The notes under the pieces are model-generated. The model ran no database searches, was not told the DNA's origin, and was given only the letters and a program-made list of their open reading frames with translations. From the NCBI GenBank assembly GCA_963735595.1, contig CAVTLK010000002.1:1-64000 (forward strand): a stretch of DNA of 64,000 bases. The letters run 5' to 3'. Shown in pieces: positions 20,711 through 31,048 of the stretch. Each line of letters opens with the position of its first letter. Positions within the stretch are counted from its first letter, which is position 1. Both the position numbers and the translations under genes were made by a program. The DNA comes from an uncultured delta proteobacterium. GTDB taxonomy: Bacteria; Desulfobacterota; Zymogenia; Zymogenales; Zymogenaceae.

Positions 20711-21653
20711 GGAGCCGCTTTCCATCGTCTTTATGGGTACGCCCGAATTTGCGGTCCCGTCGCTTACGGCGCTCCTGGAAGGGCCGGATCGGGTGTCCCT
20801 GGTGGTGACACAGCCGGACCGTCCCAGGGGAAGGGGGATGGAGGCGGCCAAGAGCCCGGTCAGGCTGGCGGCCGAGGCACGCGCCGTTCCCGTCGTGACG
20901 CCCGAGAAGGCCTCCGACCCCGATTTTATCCGGCACGTCCGAGATAGTTCCCCGAGCCTCATCGTCGTTGTTGCCTACGGCCAGATACTCAGGCGATCCC
21001 TCCTCGATATCCCCCCGATGGGCGTTGTCAACGTCCACGCGTCGCTGCTTCCGGCCTACCGCGGGGCGGCGCCGATCAACCGCGCGATTATCGACGGGCG
21101 GGTCGTCACCGGAGTCACTACCATGCTGCTGGACGAAGGGGTGGATACCGGAGACGTCCTCCTATCCCGCGAGATCCCCATCGGGCCCGACGAAACGGCC
21201 GGCCAGCTCGCCGATCGCCTCGCGGACGACGGCGCGCGGCTGCTAATCGAAACGATAGAGGCCATCAAGGAAGGCCGCATCCGGCCCGTCCCGCAGGACC
21301 ACACGAACGCCACCCACGCCCCGATGCTCAAGAAGGAGGACGGCCTCATCGACTGGTCAAAGACGCCCGAGGCCGTCAATAACCATATCCGCGGTATGAC
21401 GCCCTGGCCCGGCGCATTTACACGGCTGGGCGACCGGATGATAAAAATATTCGGGATCAGGCAGGATTCCGAGAAAAGCGACATGCCCCCGGGTACGATC
21501 GTCAGGGTGGCCGGGGACGGCATATACGTAGCCGCGGGGGGGCGAGTTGTCGTCATAACGGACCTCCAGGCGCCGGGTAAACAGCGTATGGAGGCCGGCC
21601 AGTTCGTGAGAGGGAACAAGATACCGGTCGGCTCCCGGTTCGGCGCGCCATGA
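20703..21653 (+). CDS. fmt: Methionyl-tRNA formyltransferase
   Basis: FMGTPEFA, VTQPDRP, NVHASLLPAYRGAAPI. Confidence 0.98.
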   Translation: MSEEPLSIVFMGTPEFAVPSLTALLEGPDRVSLVVTQPDRPRGRGMEAAKSPVRLAAEARAVPVVTPEKASDPDFIRHVRDSSPSLIVVVAYGQILRRSLLDIPPMGVVNVHASLLPAYRGAAPINRAIIDGRVVTGVTTMLLDEGVDTGDVLLSREIPIGPDETAGQLADRLADDGARLLIETIEAIKEGRIRPVPQDHTNATHAPMLKKEDGLIDWSKTPEAVNNHIRGMTPWPGAFTRLGDRMIKIFGIRQDSEKSDMPPGTIVRVAGDGIYVAAGGRVVVITDLQAPGKQRMEAGQFVRGNKIPVGSRFGAP

Positions 21654-23008
21654 GCGGCCCCCGTGACGCCGCCGTCAGGGTGCTGGGGGCGGTGCTGGGC
21701 GGCGGCGGGCATTCGGACAGTGTCCTGGATATACTCCTCACGCGAGACAGGACGCTCACCGACGAAGACCGCGCCCTGGCCACCGAGATCACCTACGGCG
21801 CGTTGAGAAATCTCGGGCGTATCGACTATGTCCTTTCCCGCTTTTCCAAACGTAAGCCCGGATCGCTCGATCCCGACGTCAGAAATATCCTCCGTGCGGC
21901 CCTCTACCAGATCCTGTTTCTCGAAAAGATCCCCCCCTATGCCGCCGTCGACGAAGCGGTGGGCCTTGCCGGCGTATTCGGCAAGCGAAGCGCCGGATCG
22001 TTCATCAACGGCGTCCTGCGTTCCGCCCTGCGCGGAATCGAGTCCGTCGATTACCCCTCCGAGCGGACCGATCCGGAGGATTTTCTCGTGGTCTGCTGCT
22101 CGCTTCCGGTCTGGCTTGCGCGCTTCTTCCTTGAGCGCTTCGGGTGCGACCGGGCAGTTGCCATCGGGCAGAGATACGTCGAGCGTCCCCCCGTGGTTCT
22201 GCGGGCAAATACGATCAAGATCACCAGAGAGCGGCTCATGGAGGAGCTCGCCGCGCGCGGTTACGACGCACGCGAAACGAAACGTTCCGCCTTTGGGATC
22301 GCGGTCAGGGGCGGCGGGGCGCTGCATAAGTCCGACCTCTTTCAAAACGGGGTATTTTCTCTGCAGGACGAGGCCTCACAGCTGGCCTGTCCGGCGCTCG
22401 GCGTCGAACCGGGGATGCGGGTGCTCGATGTCTGTGCGGCCCCCGGAATCAAAGGGACGTTCTGCGCGGAACTGATGGGTGACCGGGGAAAGGTCGTGTC
22501 GATCGAGATCAACCACGCCCGTTCTATGGCTATCCATGAGAACGCCCGCCGCCTCGGCATCCGGTCGCTCTCGGTGGTCGGCGGCGACGCGGCCCGGCCG
22601 CCGATACGCCCGGACGCGGCCTTCGACCGGGTTATGGTCGACCCTCCCTGCAGCGGCCTGGGTGTTGTCAGGCGCAACCCCGAGATCAAGTGGCGGCTGT
22701 CGCCCGGCGACCTGGCGGAGCTTGCCGCCGGCCAGCGGCGTATCCTTGAGGCGGCGGCACGTTTCGTCGCGCCGGGAGGGGTGCTCGTCTATGCGGTCTG
22801 CACCATCAGCCCGGACGAGGGCGCCGGGGTGGTCGAGGGGTTCCTGCGATCACACCGCGAGTTCGCCTCCGACGACCTGACGACGATCCTGCCGGACACG
22901 TGCGCGCCGTGTATCGAACGGGGTGCCCTCTTTACAACGCCCGACCGTTTTTCCGACGAGGATACTATCCCCGACGGATTCTATATCGCGCGTATGCATA
23001 GAAAGTAG
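21650..23008 (+). CDS. rsmB: 16S rRNA m5C967 methyltransferase
   Basis: NusB-like N-terminus, QDEASQ, DVCAAPG, DPPCSGLG, YAVCT, DGFY. Confidence 0.95.
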   Translation: MSGPRDAAVRVLGAVLGGGGHSDSVLDILLTRDRTLTDEDRALATEITYGALRNLGRIDYVLSRFSKRKPGSLDPDVRNILRAALYQILFLEKIPPYAAVDEAVGLAGVFGKRSAGSFINGVLRSALRGIESVDYPSERTDPEDFLVVCCSLPVWLARFFLERFGCDRAVAIGQRYVERPPVVLRANTIKITRERLMEELAARGYDARETKRSAFGIAVRGGGALHKSDLFQNGVFSLQDEASQLACPALGVEPGMRVLDVCAAPGIKGTFCAELMGDRGKVVSIEINHARSMAIHENARRLGIRSLSVVGGDAARPPIRPDAAFDRVMVDPPCSGLGVVRRNPEIKWRLSPGDLAELAAGQRRILEAAARFVAPGGVLVYAVCTISPDEGAGVVEGFLRSHREFASDDLTTILPDTCAPCIERGALFTTPDRFSDEDTIPDGFYIARMHRK

Positions 23009-23079
23009 CATCAATATATTTGTGTTTAATTTTTCCCATTTTATGTACAATAGCACGAGGATTCAGGAGGTGTCTCGGC

Positions 23080-23829
23080 TTGTCGTCCAACGGCGAAAAA
23101 GAAAAGGGTCCGGCCGGTGTAACCGACCACGCGGGGCATCGGGCCCGGTTGCGGGAGCGCTTCATCAAGACGGGAGGGCAGGGCCTTGCCGACTACGAGG
23201 TCATCGAGCTGCTCTTGACGTTTGCCATACCGCGCCGGGATACCAAGCCCGTCGCCAAGGAGCTGTTCCGGCGGTTCAAGAACATCCAGGGGATCATGGA
23301 AGCGCCCCAGGAAGAGCTTATGGAGGTCAAAGGCGTCGGGGAGAACGCCGCCTTTCTGATAAAGTTCTTTCTCGAGGCGCCGTCCTACTACCTGCGGGAA
23401 CGGATAAAGAAGCGGGAGTATCTCCATTCGGCCGGGGAGGTGCTGGAGTATCTCCAGGTGTCGATGATGTCGCTCAGGCACGAGGTCTTCCGCGTCATCT
23501 TCCTCAACGCGAAAAACGAGATCATCACCACCGATACCCTCCACGAGGGGACCCTCAACCATTCGCTGGTCTATCCCCGCAAGATCATCGAGAAGGCGCT
23601 GCACTACAACGCCTCCGGCCTCATATTCGTGCATAACCACCCGAGCGGCCACGCCAAGCCCTCTCCCCAGGACCACGAGATCACTCGTAACCTCGTCTTT
23701 GCCGCCCGGATGATGGATATCGAGGTCTTCGACCACATCATCATCGGCCACGGTGACTACTACAGCTTCGCCGAGGAGGGGCACATCCGGCAGTTCAAGG
23801 AAAAATACCTGATACTCAAACGGGGATAG
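23080..23829 (+). CDS. radC: RadC/JAB domain protein
   Basis: RBS aggaggt then TTG 23080; GHRARLRERF, DYEVIELLL, VYPR, HNHPSG, DHIIIG. Confidence 0.93.
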   Translation: MSSNGEKEKGPAGVTDHAGHRARLRERFIKTGGQGLADYEVIELLLTFAIPRRDTKPVAKELFRRFKNIQGIMEAPQEELMEVKGVGENAAFLIKFFLEAPSYYLRERIKKREYLHSAGEVLEYLQVSMMSLRHEVFRVIFLNAKNEIITTDTLHEGTLNHSLVYPRKIIEKALHYNASGLIFVHNHPSGHAKPSPQDHEITRNLVFAARMMDIEVFDHIIIGHGDYYSFAEEGHIRQFKEKYLILKRG

Positions 23830-23861
23830 GGACGGGCACGCGCTGCCGATCACTTTCGAGG

Positions 23862-23891
23862 GAGAGAGGCGGCATGGCTGCCGCCCCTCTC
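23862..23891. terminator. Hairpin between convergent genes (bidirectional terminator or REP-like)
   Basis: gagagaggcggca-tggc-tgccgcccctctc, 12/13 paired. Confidence 0.6.
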
Positions 23892-23937
23892 TACACGGCA
23901 CCTATTACGAATCCGTAACTCTATCCGGGGGATCGGT

Positions 23938-24990
23938 CTACTTCCGGCTCATCGGCTCGAGCTTGGGCTCGATCACGGGTGCGGGAGCGGGCGACGGAGA
24001 AACCGGCTCCGGCCTTCCGTAAAGGTCGAACGAAAGCGAGGCGCTGATACCAAGGACCATGACATTAGTCAGTGTTTCGAATTGGTACGGGGCCGTGGCG
24101 ACGGGAACCCCGCCAATAAAACGCGCGCCATTAACACCGTCGCTGATAGAGGCCCTGGTATAGTCCGCGAAGAACGAGAGAGACCCGTCGAGCCCCGGCT
24201 TGATCGCCCCCGAGAAAATCGGCAGTTCGACAAACGCATTTACGACGTAACCGTGCGAAGGATGGCCCTTGAAGCCAAACTGAAAAATAGGTGAGAATTC
24301 CTCCTGCCAATCCATCTTGCTCCAGACGACCGGGCCCGCCAGGACGCCCAGCTCGATGTCTCCCCCGAAGAACCCGGATTCGCGGCCCGCAAGCGTGCAC
24401 GTCAATCCGAAGACTGCCGCCAGGGTCTGCATCTGGATGTCGAGTTCGTCAGTCGGGCTTGAAGCAACGCCCCCTCCCACAACAATCGGATCGGTGAAGT
24501 GCATGTCCCGGTAGCTCCAGCGGAGGGACCCGACCACCGAGAGATCCTTGATAATCGAGACGTCCTTGACGAAGGCGTATGACGCCGTGAAGTCCGCCGT
24601 TACCCAGTCATTGCGGTTATCGCGATCCCAGTTCCTTATAGCGAACGTGCCAACCGATTCGTGGAAGTCCTTTCCTTTAGTATAGAAAGCCCAACTTCCC
24701 CCGAGCGACAGGGTCAGCCGGTCGGTCACTGCAACCGGAAGTTCGGCGGCCAGGTAGACACGCGGGGTGCTCGGGAGCTTAAGATTGCTCCTGGTAAGCC
24801 CGGCTATCACCACCCCCTCGGCCCGGAGATCGTACATGGCATCGCCCGCGTCAAAGGCGCAGCCCACCCGCAGGGTCGGCATAAACCACGGCCTGTCGGC
24901 AGTACCCGAACCGTCGTCACCGGCGAACGCCGTGGGGACAAGAAGAAAAAGGCAGATAAGAACGGAAGAGCCGAGAAGTACTTTTCTCAT
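23938..24990 (-). CDS. Exported protein, probable outer-membrane beta-barrel
   Basis: Signal peptide MRKVLLGSSVLICLFLLVPTAFA; alternating amphipathic strands rich in aromatic residues; Pro-rich C-terminal tail. Confidence 0.6.
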   Translation of the reverse strand: MRKVLLGSSVLICLFLLVPTAFAGDDGSGTADRPWFMPTLRVGCAFDAGDAMYDLRAEGVVIAGLTRSNLKLPSTPRVYLAAELPVAVTDRLTLSLGGSWAFYTKGKDFHESVGTFAIRNWDRDNRNDWVTADFTASYAFVKDVSIIKDLSVVGSLRWSYRDMHFTDPIVVGGGVASSPTDELDIQMQTLAAVFGLTCTLAGRESGFFGGDIELGVLAGPVVWSKMDWQEEFSPIFQFGFKGHPSHGYVVNAFVELPIFSGAIKPGLDGSLSFFADYTRASISDGVNGARFIGGVPVATAPYQFETLTNVMVLGISASLSFDLYGRPEPVSPSPAPAPVIEPKLEPMSRK

Positions 24991-25119
24991 TTTCCACCTC
25001 GTCTTTAAGGATTCCACATAAGTAAGGCCGATTCGCGTACGTGATATGTACGGAATTCGGTAATCGCATATCCGAATCGGCGGCAAGATCATTGTCGCGA
25101 TAACATACGATCGCTGCGA

Positions 25120-26669
25120 CTACCCCACGTCCACCGCGTTGAGCGGAATCAGGTAGTGGTAGGCGAGAGATGCGTCTTTGCCCATGATCTCCTCGGCCAT
25201 CGCTATGGCCGCCGTGAGGTCCTTGGCGGGGACCAGCCCCAGCTTCTCGGCTACCTTCGGGTCGGCGCCCGCCGCGATCACCTGCTTGACGTGGGTGAGG
25301 CCCTTGCTCGCCCAGTACCACGCGAGTATCGCGTGGGAACCGTGGTAGGCCAGGCGCGACCGGTAGAGGTCGATATAGTTCTGGTCGCGGGCAAACGCCT
25401 CCTCCAGCTTCACCGGTATCGTCTCGGGATTGGCGTGTGCGGGCAGGTGGTCCTTGTAGAAATCGATATAGGACGGGTGGTGGACGGCGTTGAACTGCTC
25501 CGTGAGGGGGTTGTTGATGATAACCACGCCGTTTTTCTTGACCAGGGGCTTCGTCCGGTGCGCGTTAAAGTAGTACCCCATCGCCATCGTCACGACCAAC
25601 ATCGGGTTGATGGTGGAAAAGGCCGAGTAGGGACAGAAGTTGGGCACGCCGTAGACGAGGATGTCCGACTGGCCCCGGACCAGGGTGTTTTGCTGGGGGA
25701 AGAGCAGCTCCAGGGTCTTTTTATGGACCTCATCGACCTTACCGGCGTTGACCCCGATCATCCGGTATCCCGCGCGCAGGCCAGTTTCGCACGGAGGCTT
25801 TGATGCCCGGGCCGAGCTTGGCGGCAATGGGAAGCGACGCCTTGACCATTCTGGTTGGGGTGCGCTTCTTCGTCTGACCGATCGGGAATCAGGTGACTAC
25901 CAAGGACGCCCGGCCAGAGGCTATTGTTGATGACGGTCTCGATCTGAAACAGGTTGACGTGTTTCTTGAGCACCTCTCCCATACGGTTGACGGCGGCGTG
26001 CATGCCGGAGCCGGCCGGATCGATGAGGGAGCCGATCTTGAGCACGTCGGGCCGGTGATGGTGGCGTACGCTCTTGTAGGTGGAAAGCCCCACGGCGGTC
26101 GACTTCCAGCCGCCGTTCATGGTGATGTAGTTCAGGTTGACGTAGATCAGCAGGTCGCAGTCGAGGGCGGCCCGGTTGATTTCGACGTCTTCGCCCGCGT
26201 CGGTTGAGCCGAGGGATACGACCGCCTCGGGGTCCTCGGCGTCGTGGCAGCTGATCTGATCGCGAAATTCCGAGGCCACTCTCTTGCCGATGATCGCGGC
26301 GAGCTCCTTGATCGTCCACTTCCGGTGGAGCCCCCCCGCGCATATCAGCCGTATGTTTTCCTTTTTTACCCCCGCGGCAGAAAAGCTTTTCGATTACCGC
26401 CGTAATGACCGTCTCCCGCGGGTCACGAACCATGTGGGGGACGGGAAGGCAGGGGTCGTCAAAGGCGATCGTGACCCGGGAGGTCATGTCGACCTGGCTG
26501 ATGAGGGGCGGCGCCCCTAACGGACGATCCAGCGCGCGGATGACGGCCGCCCGCTCGTCGACCAGGGGGGGACGGTATCCGGGGGGTATATGATTCGGGT
26601 CTTTTCGGGGAAATCATAGATAAAGAGATCGTCGCCGGAGAAGACAAATTCCCGTTTATAGGACGGCAT
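25120..26669 (-). CDS. Lactate racemase (LarA/DUF2088) domain protein (frameshifted)
   Basis: ALDRPLGAPPL, TIAFDDPCLPVP, GLHRKW, HDAED, VEINRAALDCDLLIYVN, GGWKS, YHGSH. Confidence 0.75.
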
Positions 26670-26870
26670 GGTCGGCTCCTGTCATGAGAACGGATAAATT
26701 TTGTATGGAGAATTTCGCATAGTATAGTGAAATCGATGTATAAATCAAGGAATTTCGTGGGGGCGCCGATCGGCCGGAGGGGAACGTCACGCCGTGCCGA
26801 TTCGAACAGTGGCGACGGACCCGTACGATGGTGCGAGTGGTCATGCCTGTGCGCATGCTTTTTCTATGGA

Positions 26871-26899
26871 TTGACAATATTATACGAGTCTGTTACAGT
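26871..26899 (+). promoter_or_regulatory. sigma70 promoter for the tgl-partner/tgl/cyclase genes
   Basis: TTGACA-17 nt-TACAGT with TG extension. Confidence 0.65.
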
Positions 26900-26922
26900 A
26901 ATAAAAAAGGCGCGGAAATCCC

Positions 26923-27815
26923 ATGTTTGTCCAAAACCGTTCCCTCAAAAGATTCGATGCTCCGTCCGTCGGATATTATTACGCTGCTCGTTTCCACGAA
27001 TCGACCGATGGTGGCCCTGTCCGGTCCGCCAACAGCAGGCCGACGCTTTCATCGTATCCGTCAACAGGGGAAAGACCCAGCCGGTATACCTCTGCTTTCA
27101 CATCATCAAGGAAGGCGAGCGGCTCATCTTTACCTCAAATACCGTCCCAACGTCTCAATCCGCCCGCACCAAGCTCGAAGAGGAGGCGCTGCGATTTGCC
27201 GAGGATATGGGATTCATGATGGTCACGGGAACGGTTTGACGAGCTCTCGTCAGATCTGCGAGAAGACGCCATCATGGGCCTTGCGCCCTTCGTCGACGAT
27301 ATTTCCGAGGTCAAGCACGAAGAAAAGCGGGCTAAGAAAGCAAAAGAGAGGATCGGGCGGCGGCGGCGGAATCGGAGATCGAATATGAGGAGGTGTACGA
27401 AGAGGTCGAGGAAGAGGTACCCGTAGAGGAAGAGCCGCCGAAACCGGAGGAATACGAGAGCCTGTCGGACGTCGTTACGGAGGTATCGGCCAGCAAGAGC
27501 ACCCGCCGGCCACGGATACCGCCGATACCGCTCCCAAGACCGAACCACTCGCCCCTCTCCCGGAAACCACCGAGGCCGCCCAGGCGGATGAGCAGGCCTT
27601 CGACCTCGGGCGAGGAGCTGTCCGACATGGTCCAGACCATTCGCGAGATTGCCCGGAAAGACCCGGCCGGCTATGCAAACGCCAGTTGAGCGGTCCGATA
27701 GACGCCGGAACCGGCTGCAAAACGGCCCAAACAACCCGATCCGGAGGCCGCTCCGCCGGCGGAAATTCTCCCCGGGAAGCAACAGGCGATCGTAAAACTA
27801 TTAATTTCATTGTGA
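26923..27815 (+). CDS. Conserved deltaproteobacterial protein normally found next to tgl (frameshifted)
   Basis: STNRPMVALSG...ADAFIVSV...VYLCF...EEEALRFAEDMGFMM; acidic/Pro linker; C-terminal AIVKLLISL; resembles, from memory, the Myxococcus tgl-neighbour protein. Confidence 0.6.
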
Positions 27816-27822
27816 GCAGACC

Positions 27823-28591
27823 ATGAAGAAGAATCTTCCGATCGTTCTCTGTATTTTTATATGGATCGGCGGGTGCGCCACCACGCCGTCGGATACGACG
27901 ATGTCCGAGTTCAACGACGCCAGATATACGCTTCATTACAACCAGGGGCTCAACCGGTTGACGAATAACGAGCCGTCATATGCAATGGAGGCGTTTCTGA
28001 ACGCGGAAAAGTACAGGAAGACGGCGGAACTCTATTTTTCGATGGGACAGGCTTGTTACATGCTCAGGCGTAATGAGCTTGCGCTGAACTATTTCGACAA
28101 ATCGTTGCTTCTGGACAAGAATTTCTCCAGCAGCAACGTCGGTAAGGGGATCGTGCTCCGGGATATGGGAAGATACGATGAGGCCCTAGCCCAGTTTAAC
28201 ACGTCCCTTGAAAACATTTTGTTTCACGAGCCTGAAAAGGCGTACTATAACATCGCCCTGACGTATCTGGCGATGAACGATCGGGAGAACGCCGTCAAGT
28301 ATTTCAAAGGAGCCATCAGCCTGCAGGCCCGATTTTCTTCCTCCATACTATCAGCTGGCCGTCGTGTATGTTGACCTGAAAAATTACGAGGCCGCGATCG
28401 GGGTACTGAAGACCGTATTGAGCTACGCCCCCACTTCCCCGGAGACACACCTGCTTCTCGGCAAGACGTACCTGAAGCTCGGCCGGTCGACGGCCGCCGA
28501 ACTCGAGTTCCGAGGAGGTTATCAGGCTTGCTCCCGAGTCCGAATCCGGCCGGGAAGCCAGTATCTTTCTCATCGGGAGGGAGATAACTGA
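27823..28591 (+). CDS. tgl: TPR lipoprotein, Tgl/PilF-type secretin pilotin (frameshifted)
   Basis: Lipobox IGG-C; HYNQGL, consecutive TPRs, ENILFHEPEKAYYNIA; adjacent to pilMNOPQ. Confidence 0.75.
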
Positions 28592-28596
28592 AAAGA

Positions 28597-30662
28597 GTGA
28601 AACGCGCTCTTCTCGTACGTCTCCTTCCTGGTTTCTTTCGTTTATTTCGTGCCGCTTCTTTTGGGGCTGTTTATCCCCCGGGGTCGTCCCGCCGCTCTCG
28701 GGGCGATTTTGGCCCTGCCGCTCGTTCCCGTCTTCATCCGGGCGGCGGTGCGCTTCTTCGGGTCATCCCGAACGACGCTGGCGCAGGCGGAATTCGGGAC
28801 GCTGTTCGTCGTTCTTACGGCGGTCCTCATCCAGCTGACCGGTTTTGTCGACTCTCCCCTTTACCCCCTTATGTATCTTGACGCGTCGATCCTTGCCCTT
28901 GTGTTAAGGCCGCTGGTCGGCTCCTGTCTTCTGATGTTGCTGGCGGCGGTCGACCTGGTGCCGCGATTCGTCTGGGTCGGTCACCCGTCGTGATCCATAC
29001 GGCGCTGATGGAGGAATCGATCCTCGTGTTATTCTTCGGCTTTTTTCTGATCTATAACCGGATTGAGGCAAGACGGCGACAGGGAGACTGTCCCGACGCC
29101 TCTTCACGTTTTGATGACGATCTCTCCGATATCTCGCGTTCGGTGCTTGATCGGCGTGAGGGAATATCTGAGGAGAAAGATCGGAAAGCAGGCCGTCAGG
29201 GCGCTCTTCGGCATCGATGATTTCCTGTTTGACATTCTGGATAGGACGAAAAAGGCCGTCGGGGTGGATACCGTGGCCTACCTCGTGCCGACCGGAGATA
29301 ACCTTCTCAGGGTTCGGGAGGCGGCCTCGAGTGACGACCTGTTTGACTTCGACGCACGGCCGAACCTCGAGATGTACCGAGCGGCTATGAACCAAAGGGA
29401 GCCGGTTCTGTCTTTCGGGCGGTCAGGGTCCCAGGGGGCTGGAGACCGGCTACTATACGGGAAGACCCTCCGGCGCGGCTGCATGGCGATTGTTCCGGTG
29501 ACCGACGGGCGAACGACATCGGGTCTTCTGGTTTGCGAAGCGCGGGTCGCGCGACTCCATTACCCTAAAGGATATCCAGTTTCTTGAGCTGGTCTGCCGT
29601 GATGCTCAGGGATGTGGAGAAAATCATCGTACAGTTCAAGAGGCTGTCGGTCAATCTCACGGAGTATGAGGAGCTATACGATATCAGCAGGGCTCTCGCG
29701 CAGGCCAAGCGGATCGAGGAGGTCTTTGAGATCGTCTATACGTTCTGCGCGCGAATGCTGCCCGTTTCGACTATGGTCTTTACGCTCGCAAACAGAAAGA
29801 GAGTGCGATCGTCTCGATTCACGGCGAAGGGCCTCAATCGATCCCCAAGAAGGACGTTTCCCCATGCCGGCTCGCTTGTGGGATGGGTAATCGAGAACAG
29901 GAAATATCTCGTCTTTCCTCAGAAAGAGCGAAAGCGAAACGTATTCGGACGGCAGATCGAGCTTTCGGGCGACGGATCGCTGGCGCTTTTTCCACTGCTG
30001 TGGGAGGAGAAGGGTTATCGGGACCTGCTGTCTTGTCGTCGCTTCTCGAAAACGCCCGTCGACGTTCCATATCCGGCTCGTCGAGGTCGTCCTGAACATG
30101 GCCGTCGTATCATTCATGGGGATCCGGTCGACAATACAGCTCAGAAGACAGGCGGTGACCGATCCGCTGACCGGCCTCTATAACCGGAGGAGCTTCACGA
30201 AGGCCCTGGGACGTCTGGTGGAGACACGCCGAGCGATATACCGAGCCGATCTCGCTTCTGATGGTTGATATCGATAGATTCAAGACGATAAACGACACGT
30301 ACGGCCATGCGGCAGGCGACGACGTGATCAAGGGCCGTGGCCGATACGATCCTTTCGTCGATTCGCAAGGTTGACGTCGCGGCCAGGATCGGCGGCGAGG
30401 AGTTCGCGGTGATTCTTCCCAAGTCGCTGAAAAAAAGCTCACTTGCCACTGCGGAGCGTATCAGAAAGGCGATACAGAAGCGATTAATCCCGTACGGCAG
30501 AAAGGCTATTACGGTGACGGTCAGTATCGGGGTGGCGACGCGTTCCGACGGCGTCGTCGTGCGGCGACACCCTGGTCAAGGAGGCCGACCGGTATCTCTA
30601 CGCCGCAAAAGAGGCGTGGAAGAGACCGGTGTGTAGTCTTCATGAGGCAAAAATATCATTAA
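28597..30662 (+). CDS. Membrane-bound diguanylate cyclase (TM-GAF-GAF-GGDEF; heavily frameshifted)
   Basis: N-terminal TM helices; GAF-like [46 protein letters not shown]-site, RIGGEEF, LYAAK. Confidence 0.88.
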
Positions 30663-30734
30663 ATTATGTTTTTTTAATACCAGAAATAAACTAAGATAGG
30701 TATAATTTAGTGCTAATTATGCATAAAAAAATGC

Positions 30735-30764
30735 TTGACATAGCATAATTAAGTCTATTATAAT
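30735..30764 (+). promoter_or_regulatory. Consensus sigma70 promoter of the XRE-pilMNOPQ operon
   Basis: TTGACA (30735) - 18 nt - TATAAT (30759) in an AT-rich tract. Confidence 0.8.
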
Positions 30765-30826
30765 GATTTCAAAACGGATTTATCCATATAATAGGACGAG
30801 AATTCATTCTTCAGGGGGGGAAGCGC

Positions 30827-31033
30827 TTGAGACATAATAACGTTAAGAGCTTTCGGGAACAGCTTTTGATGAGCAAGGCCGAGCTGGCGCGCAAGGCCGG
30901 TGTTTCTCCTTTGACCATCGACCGCATTGAGAAAGGGAAGGAATGCCGCATGGATACCAAGCGGAAGATTCTCTTCGCGCTGGGGCTTGATCTGGACGAA
31001 AAGGAGAAGGTTTTTACGAGTCCATCGGGTTAG
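30827..31033 (+). CDS. Small XRE/Cro helix-turn-helix protein leading the pil operon
   Basis: NNVKSFREQLLMSKAELARKAGVSPLTIDRIEKG..CRMDTKRKI. Confidence 0.9.
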   Translation: MRHNNVKSFREQLLMSKAELARKAGVSPLTIDRIEKGKECRMDTKRKILFALGLDLDEKEKVFTSPSG

Positions 31034-31048
31034 TCCGGGGGGAAAGAG

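Noticed and set aside
23080..23829. radC as a mobile-element or anti-defence marker
   Set aside because: Full-length chromosomal type with HhH N-terminus in a housekeeping run; no mobile genes nearby
30250..30410. Hypr GGDEF (cGAMP synthase)
   Set aside because: Specificity position is Asp (GHAAGD), typical of c-di-GMP synthases
30765..30826. GEMM (c-di-GMP/cGAMP) riboswitch upstream of XRE-pilM, as recalled for Geobacter
   Set aside because: Leader is short and lacks the GEMM consensus
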